Assembly: GCF_001194135.2 (NCBI RefSeq) | Contig: NC_068986.1 | Location: 30,287,091 to 30,351,090 of the forward strand | DNA from: Octopus bimaculoides | Lineage: Eukaryota | Direction: 5' to 3' | Length of the DNA stretch: 64,000 bases | In this document: in pieces, positions 53,003-64,000 of the stretch | Numbering within the stretch: position 1 is the stretch's first letter | Layout of the letters: each line of letters opens with the position of its first letter | The notes under the pieces: generated by a model | Told to the model about the DNA's origin: nothing | The model's input: only the letters and a program-made list of their open reading frames with translations | The model's database searches: none | Made by a program: the position numbers and the translations under genes

Positions 53003-53760
53003 GTAAATAACTGTGTTTTTTTTTTCCATTCCATTGTGTTTCTGATTCTCCTTATTATCACCATAAATGTTGATGTTTATACTTCCATTCTGTTCCTTCC
53101 CCCCCACCTTTTATCTTCATTTCAATTCCTTATTTCTAACCTTCTCCCCAAGTTCCCTAATCTTTCATTTTCAATCTCCTTCCTCTCATGTTCACTTGTC
53201 TGACCAACCCTAGCAATATATTATCATACCACTATTTTCATTTAGAAAGAACTGTGCTTATTTTGGACATTATCTCATTGTTGTGAATCAGTGCCACATT
53301 TTAGTGTCACTGATGACTTTGCCCTTTTGAAATTATTTACATGCAAAGATATCAAATAACAACATATCTCCCAGTAAATAAAAGAAACCATTACCTCTTG
53401 GAGGAAAATTATATTAAATACTTTTTAATGTGCTGATATTTGCCAACCAATAACAAATTGTCAGATGCCCAGTAAACAGCAAGAATCAAAATGATGACTT
53501 ACATATTTATTCTTAAGCAGAGTCAGACATGAGTGGTAATTGCTATTGTGTTTCATCACAGGAAACACCGGCCGTCCCAGATTTCCTTGAATTGATGAAT
53601 CAAGTGTGTTATGATCATACATACATCATAAAGAAGTTGTTCTCCTGTGACAAAACACAACAGATTAACATATTTATGTTTGAATTTTCTGGAACATGTT
53701 AAAAATAAATATACAAGTCATCATTTTGATTTTCACTGTTCACCATGCATATGATTGCTG

Positions 53761-53833
53761 GGCAGTTTAGTTTAATGCTAAAACACTTGACGCGTAATCA
53801 CAGAGATGTGAGTTCGAGTCTCATGGCTGGCCA
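53761..53833 (+). pseudogene. Solitary tRNA-like element (tRNA-Thr, anticodon position CGT), probably degenerate
   Basis: Canonical cloverleaf spacing: D stem GTTT/AAAC, T arm GTGAG-TTCGAGT-CTCAT, 7-nt anticodon loop CGCGTAA. Defects: G33 instead of U, two anticodon-stem mismatches, one acceptor mismatch, GC instead of GG in the D loop. A T5 run follows about 8 nt downstream. Confidence 0.6.
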
Positions 53834-54177
53834 GTAACGTATTTTTCTGCAATATATGGATAATTTATCCTGATCATGCTATTTTATAGCATTATCACGC
53901 GTTTGAGAAATAAATTTATTTCTGTATTATTAATAAGGTTTTCTTTATTAACAAAAAGATTTTAATAATAAAAATTTTTTAATTAATGTGAAGCACTACT
54001 CAAACAAACTGTTATATTCATTATCTTTAAAATTTCATTAGTGGTTCACAGACTCAGTTTGCTGTGGCCTTTTTAATAAAGGTATTTATTAATTGTACAA
54101 AAAATGAGATCATCTGTATGTTTTGATCTCTGTAATGCAAATTACATGTTTGAATTCCATCATGTATTTAATCAGTT

Positions 54178-54557
54178 GCGGAGGTGCAATGGCCCAGTGG
54201 TTAGGGCAGTTGACTCGCGTTCATAGGATCGCGGTTTCGATTCCCAGACCGGGCGTTGTGAGTGTTTATTGAGCGAAAACACCTAAAGCTCCACGAGGCT
54301 CCGGCAGGGGATGGTGGTGAACCCTGCTGTACTCTTCCACCACAACTTTCTCTCACTCTTTCTTCCTGTTTCTCTTGTGCCTATAATTCAAAAGGTCAGC
54401 CTTGTCACACTGTGTCACGCTGAATATCCCCGAGAACTACGTTAAGGGTACATGTGTCTGTGGAGTGCTCAGCCACTTGCACATTAATTTCACGAGCAGG
54501 CTGTTCCGTTGATTGTATCAACTGGAACTCTCGTCGTAAGTGACTGAGTGCCAACAA
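54178..54557 (+). mobile_element. SINE family B (tRNA-derived), full length with 9-bp TSD
   Basis: A box TGGCCCAGTGG, B box GGTTTCGATTCCC; TAATCAGTT at 54169-77 and 54558-66. Confidence 0.88.
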
Positions 54558-54679
54558 TAATCAGTTAAAATAAGAAAGGAAGACCATCTTTATTCAGCCA
54601 ATTTTAATGAAGATGGAAATTAAAGATTTTTTTTTTTTTTTTATCAAACAAATTTTTTTCTTTTTCTCTTTCTCTACAG

Positions 54680-54771
54680 TCAGCGGGAAGATACGAGCTG
54701 CAATTGGAAAAGCAAACCTACTTCAAAACAAAAAATTTAAGCAGTTTCGAGAATTATGTCAGAATTATATG
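54680..54771 (+). CDS. DLGAP: DLGAP exon, GKAP domain (VSGKIRAAIGKANLLQNKKFKQFRELCQNYM)
   Basis: Acceptor tttctctacag, donor GTGAGT at 54772; 92 nt, phase 1 in and phase 0 out. Confidence 0.95.
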
Positions 54772-55521
54772 GTGAGTAATTGGTCTTTTAATTCTCATTC
54801 ATACCTTAAATACTGGTCAAATTGTTAATCCTCTCACAAGCCAAAGGGATTTATAGGGCCATGAAATAAATCCCTTTGATATATTGCTAGTTTAATCCCA
54901 AGTAGCTTTACAAGAAAATCCCTGTACTTATTCTCCAGCAAGAGAAATTAGAATAAAATTATCTTGCTCAGACACAACAAAATACATGCAAATAGACATA
55001 GGCTCTTTGATCCAGGAAAGTGACAAGTCCTATAATTTATCTTAATTAATTTACCTCAGACTTAATTGTAACAATTTGATAAAAGTGTGGAACAGCTAAT
55101 TGTTGTTAAGATAGATGTTACAGATTTTCTTGAAATACAGAGCAGATTTTATGTTGCTATTAAGTAGGTCTGTGATGAAAGTTAACTCCAACCACGATCA
55201 TTCAGTTTTTACCCCAGACACAGTACATCACTGACTGTGCACTTTCCTTTTGAAGACAGTAGGATGGAACTTGAGGTTCATTTTGTTGTTAGATATAACA
55301 GGTTGAGCAATGATATAGAGATGCCCTTATTTTTTATGGTTTTAGATCTAACCAGTATAAATTTACTAATCGTGATAAATACTAATAAAATAAGTATTAA
55401 ATGTGTGTCTCTGAAATTAAATTACCAGTAAAAAGAGGCATTAAGAGCAAAAAGAGAATTTTTACCAAATAGTTCTCTCTGAAAAACTCAAAATCTATGT
55501 TAAAAAATTAAAAAATATTAA

Positions 55522-55741
55522 CCCTTTAATATTCAAGCCAGCCATATGTGACCCAAATGTTCTACCTGTTCTATATTCAAACTGACAAGACAAGGCCTTT
55601 CACACCTACCCTACAATATCATTTTAAAAATAAACAATCACGTCATTGAAATCTCAAAGCTACAAGATAATGTATGATAAATTTTAAATGATGTGATTAA
55701 AAAACTGTTACATTTACTTGAGTGATCTGAATGCTAAAGGG
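55522..55741. mobile_element. piggyBac-type MITE, 220 bp, within a GKAP-domain intron
   Basis: TTAA|CCCTTTAATATTCA ... TGAATGCTAAAGGG|TTAA; TIR match 12/14; TTAA TSD. Confidence 0.8.
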
Positions 55742-56424
55742 TTAATCTTGTGTCATTAAAGAGAATCTGGTAATTGATTATTTTTTGCAGTCACAATTTA
55801 CATTTAAAATTAACTAAAGAAGAAGATTAAATCAAAATAAATCATAAATTATTGATATTTTATTTTTCAGTATAACAAATTTTGCATTTAATTTTTGTGA
55901 AATTTGCCTGAATTCTATAAGAATTATGGCAACATGATTAAAAACCATTAGTCACCTCAGGCTGATGTAGAATACTGGTGTCTTTGAGATCGTTTAAATG
56001 TAGTTTGATTATTGGTGTAATCTTCTGAGATGCATCTGCTACATACGATAGTTTTCTGGAGTGCACCTGCTATATGCAATAGTTTATGCCATAAGTAGAG
56101 TTAAGATTAAAAATCAAGGCTGCAGTGTGATGTATAATATTACTGAAAGTAAATTTGATAGGAAAACAGGATGTGTCTGAATTTTTGATATAATTTGTTG
56201 TTAGCTATAGATTAAAGATTCATGTTTATGAAATGAGAGAATAATGAACCATTTGTAATTTTAACATGATGTTAAGGAATTAGAATTTAAGGAGAATCTA
56301 GTTAAAAATAAATCAGAACTGAAAAAGGAGTAGTTTATAAAAAAAATTAAGGGATTTATTCTCAAAATAAAACAGGATTGTTAACAGCATTTTAAAATCT
56401 ACTTTCTGTACTCTTTCAATGCAG

Positions 56425-56577
56425 ACTCCAGTTTCTTCAGAAGAAGATCACCCAACTAAGCTAGAAGATCTACAAGGATTCTGGGAAATGGTACAAATAC
56501 AAATTGATGATGTTTACGACATGTTTGCCGAAATAGATTTATTACGACAAAACGGCTGGAAAGAAGTGCATTTTGAA
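56425..56577 (+). CDS. DLGAP: DLGAP exon, GKAP domain (TPVSSEEDHPTKLEDLQGFWEMVQIQIDDVYDMFAEIDLLRQNGWKEVHFE)
   Basis: Acceptor ctctttcaatgcag, donor GTAAGT at 56578; 153 nt, phase 0-0; DLxGFWxMV motif. Confidence 0.95.
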
Positions 56578-58199
56578 GTAAGTTACCATAAACTATGTAT
56601 CAGTAAAGGTACCCACTCCATCCTCCATTTTTTTTTTCTGCTTAGTGTGAGGAGTAACCTTTTGAGGGTTCCAAAAACAAATGAAAAGAATTTTTTGATT
56701 GTATATTTTTAAAAAAATAAGCTTAAATATTAAAGGGCAACACTCTAAGTGCAACATTTCTCTAAAATGTTTACATGTCAGTAGAATAATATAGTGTTGT
56801 AATAGCTTCCTGTTGTTCCAGCATGATGAAACATTGCTTCCATTATGAAATATTATTACAAAAACATAAAACTGCCCCCCACCCACCACCACTCCTTCAT
56901 CAACAAAAGAAATCCACAGAAATGAGTTACACACTCACATCGATCCAAATCCAAATAAGCTAATACCAAAGTGAAGAGGGAGTAAGTGATTGAGGAACCA
57001 TTAGGAATTTGGCTGTTTTACATTCTCTCTATCTGTGTTTTTACATGCTATCCCAGCCTCTCTTTGTCTCTCAGCCTCTCTCTCCCAGCCTCTCTTTGTC
57101 TCTCAACCACCACCTACAAATGATCAATAGAATAAAAATTCAGTTATTGAATGCAACAACATGCTTACCCAGTGGCAGGTGATCAATAAATCTAGTTATT
57201 TCAAGTAACTTGCATACTAACACCGAGGTGAAATAGTTTCATTTATTGCCTTTAGTTTTCACTTGAACTTCTTTTTAGTTTTTAAACATAAAACAAAGTT
57301 TTAAAAAAAAAAAAATTGTAGTAGAAATGATTTCATTTCATAAAGAGCTTTATATTTACTACTTCAATAATAGGCAATACAATGTGTTGACATGATTGTA
57401 ACCAGGTCTCCAGGATTTACAGTAACAAGCTGGAAGATACCAGTTGAATAGTTTACATACCACCTTATATAAAATGCTTTTTGTTATTTGACTGGAGCTG
57501 GATACATGCACATACACTTGCTTCTGTGACGAAATTAGATTTTAAATCAATATTTAGCCTACAATATATAATAGCGTTTTCAGATAGTTTCAGGTCAAAG
57601 TAAAATTATATTTGGTTTGTAGAATTTTTATGTAGAATAACAATTGGATTAAATTTTGGAATTATCTAACGTCTTAGATATTCTCTCCCCACTATCTAGA
57701 ATTAAGTAAGTAAAATATATTTATTATTCTTATACAAGAACGTTGTTGACAGTGAGTTCGAAGTTTTGACTAGCTAAGCCATCATTGGATTTCCTGTCAA
57801 CAACATTCTTCTTGTATAAGAAAAATAAATTTGTACTCTATAAAAGTACAGAGTTACTCATCAGATTAATGTAAAATTGTTTTATTATAATTAACGTGTG
57901 TGTTTTCTCTGAAAGATTCTCAGCTGGGTCACTTGTTGAAATGTTCTTTTTCAAATCTTATTTCATTTAAGGATGAACTTGGCATCAAGTTTAAATTGTT
58001 GATTACAAATTTTGAATTTATAAACATGAATTAACTGCATTTAACCCACTATAGATTGTTCTTGGTTCTATGATTAAAAAAATAACTTCTCATTCCAGTG
58101 TGTTGATATTTATATTAAAACATTCCATCATTATTCTAAATATCAGCTTATTAATGAAATAGTTGATTATTGTATTAAATTCTTCCATATTCTCGTTGC

Positions 58200-58570
58200 T
58201 CTTTTATTTTTTTCAGTCATTTGAGCACTACTTTAAAGGGTTTTTTTTGTTCGTAAAAAATCAATCCCAGATCTTATTTTTTATGCCTAGTACTTATTCT
58301 GTTGATCTCTTTTGCCATACCACTAAATTATAGGAATGTGAACAGACCAACACCAGTTGTCAAGCATTGATGAGAGAACAGACACAAAGACACACACACA
58401 CATAGATATATACAACAAGCTTCTTTTAGTTTCCTTCTACCAAATGTACTCACAAGGCTTTGGTCAGCCCAAGGTTATAGTAGGAGACACTTGCCCAAGG
58501 TGCCATGCAGTGGGACTGAACCCACAACCATATGGTTAGAAAGCAAGCTTTTTACCACACAGCCATGCCT
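58200..58570 (-). mobile_element. SINE family A, older diverged copy
   Basis: Both halves are recognisable, with more substitutions. Confidence 0.7.
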
Positions 58571-59325
58571 TATTTCAAAAACTAACAAAAACATATAGGC
58601 AATGTATTTTATTAGAAACATGGGAATGAACAGGTTAGCAGAACTAAATAATGGAACAATATCGCTGTTTATGAAAGGGGTTAGGGGTTAATGACTTGGT
58701 TGGAGCTATTGCAAACAAAAATAAATATTGAAAAAAAACGCATTTGGCCAAATTTGGACGTACAACAGTTTAACATAATAGCAACGATATTTACTCCATT
58801 TCTTTTTTCTTGCCTCAAATACATAACAAAAACTAGTGTGTTAGTGTGTTAGTATCTATAATGAAGGCATGTTGCTTGGTGATTAGTCAAGGGTTCATTT
58901 CCTAAACTAGGCAACATAAATGTATCCACTTCATTTAAACTTTCTCCTGTCTACTCATCCCCCTCCACTCCCGCCTGTTATCATATCCTCAATGCTCCAC
59001 TGGGTCAAGGATGGGAAAGCTGATTACATAGGTGTCCATGTAGTTTACTTGTGAGCACATCATAGGCTCCTAAAACAATTAGCAACAGCATGGTACATGG
59101 TACAAGTCGTACCTCCTTGCAAGTGGCAACTATGTTCACACACACACACACACACATCACTTAAAAGAAAGTTAGCAGATCACTAAGGTTGTAATTCTAA
59201 TTAATTAATTTTATTTTAGCTCACTACGTTAAGTATGTTAGCCCTCACTTAATTTTATAATTTCCTGCAGAAGGCATCGAGAGATAATTCCCTCACAGCA
59301 ATTTTCTTTTAATAAACTGACTTAG

Positions 59326-59486
59326 TAGGTGCAGGTGTAGCTGTGTGGTAACAAGCTTGCTTCCTAACCACATTGTCCCTGGTTCAGTCCCACTGCATGG
59401 CACCTTGGGCAAATGTCTTCTATGGTCTGAAGCCAACCAAAGCCTTGTGAGTGGATTTGGTGGACAGAAACTGAAAGAAGCTTGTC

Positions 59487-59525
<39 letters not shown>

Positions 59526-59720
59526 ACCATTGTTTGACAACCGGTATTGATGTGTTTACATCTCCATAACTTAGCAGTTCAGCAAATGAGACTAATAGAA
59601 TAAATACCAGGCTTTAAAAAGAAAGTACTGGTGGGGGAGGGGGTGATTCATTTGACTAAAAACTTCAAGGTGGTGCCCCCAGCATGGCCACAGTCTAATG
59701 ACTGAAACAAGTAAAAGAAA
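59326..59720 (+). mobile_element. SINE family A, diverged full-length copy
   Basis: Head, CACCTTGGGCAAA, (GT)n and tail CTGAAACAAGTAAAAGA. Confidence 0.75.
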
Positions 59721-60170
59721 GACAAAAGGAAGTAGATGAAAAGATGAAAAGCAAAGTCGACCACAGTGGAATTTGAACTTGGAACATAAAGTTGGAGGAG
59801 ATGCTGCTAATGANNNNNNNNNNNNNNNNNNNNNNNNNNNNNNNNNNNNNNNNNNNNNNNNNNNNNNNNNNNNNNNNNNNNNNNNNNNNNNNNNNNNNNN
59901 NNNNNNNNNNNNNNNNNNNNNNNNNNNNNNNNNNNNNNNNNNNNNNNNNNNNNNNNNNNNNNNNNNNNNNNNNNNNNNNNNNNNNNNNNNNNNNNNNNNN
60001 NNNNNNNNNNNNNNNNNNNNNNNNNNNNNNNNNNNNNNNNNNNNNNNNNNNNNNNNNNNNNNNNNNNNNNNNNNNNNNNNNNNNNNNNNNNNNNNNNNNN
60101 NNNNNNNNNNNNNNNNNNNNNNNNNNNNNNNNNNNNNNNNNNNNNNNNNNNNNNNNNNNNNNNNNNNNNC

Positions 60171-60512
60171 CACTGTGTGGCACCTTGGGCAAGTGTCTTC
60201 TACTATAGCCTCGGGCCGACCAAAGCCATGTGAGTGGATTTGGTAGACGGAAACTGAAAGAAGCCTGTCGTATATATGTATATATATGTGTGTGTATGTT
60301 TGTGTATCTGTGTCTGTCCCCCCAACATCGCTTGACAACCGATGCTGGTGTGTTTACATCCCCCTAACTTAGCGGTTCGGCAAAAGAGACCGATAGAATA
60401 AGTACTAGGCTCACAAAGAATAAGTCCTGGGGTCGATTTGCTCAACTAAAGGCAGTGCTCCAGCATGGCTGCAGTCAAATGACTGAAACAAGTAAAAGAG
60501 AGAGAGAAAAGA
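60171..60512 (+). mobile_element. SINE family A, near full-length (head lost in gap)
   Basis: High similarity to the 47447 copy. Confidence 0.85.
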
Positions 60513-62429
60513 AAAAATAATTCTGCTTGTACAAATATATAGGGAGACTAACTTTCTTTGTGTAGAAATATATAGAGGGACTAACTTTCTAGGACTACTG
60601 ATACGACCCCCCCACACACTCCTTCTACAAAATTTCTAACTGCTGAAACTTGATAATAGGGGTGAGTGAGTTGTCATTCCCTCTGTATTGAAGTAGTGTA
60701 TAGGGAGATGCTATCCTAATTTTCTACCCCAGCTCTCACCATCTCAAAATTAAACAACACACATTTTTATATCACTTTTATAGGAATAACTTTACTTTCA
60801 GCACATATATGCCTGTCTCACAATGTCAAATATTGGTGGGTTATTTATTCATATATTTATTTACTTTTCAATATATATAAACCATTGGATTTTTTTTTTT
60901 TCTGAAAGGAAAGGTAAATCTAACAAGAGTGGGGTGGGTTAACAAGATCTGGGTCAGTCAATCCTGAGGGTTTCACAAATTTCAAGAGCATACATTGCAG
61001 AAATTAAGTACTAATTATTTCCACCTCTTCCACTTCAAACTGCTTACATGAAGCCAAAGGGGAAGGGAGTCTTAAGTGGTTGCTCAACCTGCTAGACATA
61101 GCAGCCAAATCTCCCTTAAATCATTCCCTTACTGTAACAAAATGGAAAGGACAGACACATTTGTTAACATAGTCCTAAATATACTGTTTCTGAAAATAAG
61201 ATGAGATGGTCATGACTGGGGATCAGAGAAAACCTAGGGCTCAAACTATTAATACTTTCATAGCTATATTTCTGTTACTGTTATCTCAACTAATGATATT
61301 AAAACTAGATGTTAACACTAGTTGTTGTTACTACTATTGTTTCTTCTGTTTATTATATACACAAGTAATAACTGAAGGCATGTGGCCTAGTGGCTGTTTG
61401 AAGATCATAAAGCTGTTAGTTCAAATCCTTGATCAAGCAATGTGTTGTCTTTGGGCCAAAGCACTTTATCTCACCTTAATCCAGCTTGCTCAGCAGTGGC
61501 ACTTTATGTTGCAAGCTGTCAACAGCCCCTAATGACTACAGCAAACTTTATGTGCAATGGTATAATTATTGACTTAATTTCACATTAGGAGATATTTATT
61601 TTAATCTTAATTCTAATTTATACTTTTGATTTATAAAACTGATACATATATTGTATTGTACTTCTTTTTACTAGTTTTATTGATTTTGCTCTCCCTACCA
61701 CAGCCACCACCACCAAAAATAACTCTATTTAAAAAAAAGCACAGGTAACATAATGAGTTACCAGCTGAACATCTGTTGATGACCGTCAAACTAATTATTG
61801 ATTTCTAATATGGTTGCAAAGCCACACATTTGGTGAAGAGGGAAGGATTAAAGTCAGTTATATCAACCCCAGTATTTGACTGGTATTTAATTTGTCGATT
61901 CTCCAGAAGTGTAAAAAAGGCAATGGTCAGCCCTAGTGTAATTTGAACTCTGGATGAAAGGAGACCTAACTAAATACTACATGGCAGTTTTGTCTGCTCC
62001 TAGCTAGTATTCTGTAAACCTACTCCAGCCTACCTTATACTAACTACACCGAAGTGGTGAAAGGATTGGTGGGGTCACAATATGAATTGTACTTTTTTTT
62101 GTTTCTCACCTCAATGTAGTTAATTCCAAGAGAAAGAAAGGAAAATGGCCACAGTTTTGACTGACAAACCAACACCAGTTGTCAAGCAGTGAAAGAACAA
62201 CATGCATGTGCACACATACACACACATATCTATCTATATAAACAGGCTTGGACACAGTCTCCACCTACCAAATTCACTCACAAGATATTGTTCAGCCAGA
62301 CATCTGGCCAAGGTGCTACACAAAGGGACTGAACCCAAAACAACACAGTTGAAAAGCAATCTTAACTGCACAGTCATATCTAAGCTTACTTCTTGAATAT
62401 TTAATATTTACAAATATTTATGTAAAGTT

Positions 62430-62757
62430 TCGGCAAGTGTCTTCTACTATGGCCTTGGGCCGCCCAAAGCCTTGTGAATGGATTTGGTAGATGGAAACTG
62501 AAAGAAGCCCGTCATATATATATCTATCTATATATGTGTGTGTGTGTATCTGTGTTTGCACCCCCCCCCCTCAAACATCGCTTGACAACTGATGCTGGTG
62601 TGTTTACATTCCCATAACTTAGCAGTTCGGCAAAAGAGACCGATAAAATAAGTACTAGGCTTACAAAGAATAAGTCCTGGGATCGATTTGCTCGACTAAA
62701 GGCGGTGCTCCAGCATGGCTGCAGTCAAATGACTGAAACAAGTAAAAGAGTAAAGAG
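62430..62757 (+). mobile_element. SINE family A, 5'-truncated copy
   Basis: Starts at GGCAAGTGTCTTCTACTAT and ends GTAAAAGAGTAAAGAG. Confidence 0.85.
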
Positions 62758-64000
62758 ATGTTTAGAGATAATCTCATACAGAATAAAGCCACAAATTTGT
62801 TGCAGAGGGGTGTAGTCAAATGAGTCAACCTTAAGAATGATAAAAGGCAAAGTTAGCCTTACTTGGTTAATTTAAAATTATTTTTTCTTACAACAATAAT
62901 TCCCCACCACAGATACAATAAATTTCTGAATCTTGTTTTTTTTTCATTGTAATGGCTGCTAGGATGTTAAGGTGATGTACTACATGGTTCAAAGTCTGTA
63001 ATTTTGACTATGGCTCTTGCTAGGTTTTCTTACGTGTACCACTCAATCTATTTGAAGTTAAATCACTTTGTTTCATAGTTGAGTGGCTGACATTAGAGAA
63101 AATAACTTTTGTTAGAATCCAGTCAAATGTTGAAATTTGTAGAACCATCCAATCCTTGCTAGCATATAATAATAGTTAAAAACATGGTATATTACTTAGT
63201 TAAATTTCAACCATATGAAAACCTCATAGTTGTTTACTAAAATCTAAAATAGTTTCAGTATTTCATCAACCTAACACCAAACATTAGAACAAACAAAATG
63301 AAACCTCAATCAGTACTGAGTTCGCTTCATTTAATTTTTCAGCATTTAGGTCAGAGGTCATTATTGAGTTGTTCTTAACTGTTCTGCAGCTGTCACCAAT
63401 GACAAGTACAGAAGAGCAACTGTTGCACTCTGAGTGTGTGAGTCTACTCTGCCCATTTCCATTTTGGCCACCACCAGAATCTATAGGATGCCTCTAAATA
63501 GTTGCTCTATCTCCTAGAAATAGTAGCTAAATTTCCCTTAATCATGCCACCTACATTGCTAAGAATGGAAAATTGAACAACATAACCTTAGTATACTGTA
63601 CCTATGAAAAAAAGAAATTAAAAATACAAGATTACTATGGTTGGAATACTTCTGATCACACAATTGGGTCCAAGTTGTGGGGCTAAACAACGAGAACAGA
63701 AATATAGAAATAGACTGAACAATGGAGAGAGCGTGACATATACACTGCACCCATGAATGAAATTTGTTTAGAGGATGCAAACCCAGTTTTTCAGGAAGAT
63801 ATTCAAAGTGTTTTCATTGCCCCCTCCAAAAATTTTAGAGGATGTACTTGCACTCCCTGTTCCCAAGCCTATAACTGCACCCCTGCTTGATTAATCACAG
63901 CATGTTAGAGGGTTCAGTATGACCTTCAGTTAGACAGATGCAAAATGTATCTTGAACAACAGATCTGTAGTTCACACCTAGATGTTTGGCAAGTTATGTG

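Larger units (their letters stand above)
42086..56577 (+). other. DLGAP: Partial multi-exon gene model: DLGAP/SAPAP/GKAP-family scaffold protein (four in-frame exons; 5' and 3' ends incomplete)
   Basis: Splice phases chain correctly: 42549|52897 phase 0, 53002|54680 phase 1 (G+TC=Val), 54771|56425 phase 0. The joined peptide DGDYFLKL...GKIRAAIGKANLL..KKFKQFRELCQ..M...DLQGFWEMVQIQI.DV...F.EI..LRQNGWK follows the GKAP-domain pattern I recall from DLGAP1-4 (DGxxFLKL, GKIRxAxGxAxLL, KFxQFxxLC, DLxGxWDM, NxWK). It is closer to DLGAP1-4/vulcan than to DLGAP5. Confidence 0.92.
3015..60170. other. Assembly gaps (N-runs) at about 3015-3613, 4642-4651, 5621-5671, 7374-7660, 37014-37023, 38882-38891, 40425-40487, 45946-46905, 49155-49472 and 59814-60170
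   Basis: Seen directly. Most abut microsatellites or young SINEs, as expected for a short-read assembly. Confidence 0.98.

Noticed and set aside
53562-53603. Exon-like ETPAVPDFLELMNQ segment
   Set aside because: It is open only in phase 0, while the surrounding intron is phase 1 (the phase-1 frame hits TGA), and the donor is poor.
54178-54250. tRNA genes at SINE heads (also 34592, 18579, 19493)
   Set aside because: The A/B boxes continue into shared SINE bodies, with TSDs at the family B copies, and there is no intact acceptor stem.
58676-58692. Telomere-like GGGGTTAGGGGTTA
   Set aside because: Only about two imperfect units, which is expected by chance.
2851-60338. Long ORFs filled with X (e.g. 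2851-3645, 45863-47113, 49084-49645, 59592-60338)
   Set aside because: They are open only because they read through N-runs.
1-64000. A novel multi-gene system (defence, CRISPR-like or operon-type)
   Set aside because: There is only one supportable host gene and no co-located unknown ORFs with real coding signal. Everything else resolves to TEs, microsatellites or gaps.

Overview
AT-rich, repeat-dense animal genomic DNA from a gapped draft assembly with 10 N-runs. The SINE and microsatellite landscape matches what I recognise from Octopus genomes; this is an inference from repeat sequence, not a database result. The only protein-coding gene I can support is a + strand DLGAP/SAPAP/GKAP-family postsynaptic scaffold (vertebrate DLGAP1-4 / Drosophila vulcan type). 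Four exons splice in frame: 42086-42549, 52897-53002, 54680-54771 and 56425-56577. The last three encode most of the C-terminal GKAP homology domain. A possible start exon sits at about 21.0 kb in a CpG-rich zone, and no terminal exon was found. The rest of the window is transposable-element landscape: at least six SINE-like families, RTE and CR1/Jockey-type LINE remnants, a mariner/maT transposase 5' fragment, and intact-ended MITEs of three DNA transposon types (hAT, piggyBac x2, Tigger/pogo). I found no convincing new biological system. The best leads are a compact YY1/NRF1/ETS promoter at 19.1 kb, a solitary tRNA-Thr-like cloverleaf inside a GKAP intron, candidate microexons, and modular SINE tail exchange. 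Most ORFs in the supplied track are artefacts of N-runs or microsatellites. All coordinates were read by eye; repeat boundaries without TSDs are approximate.
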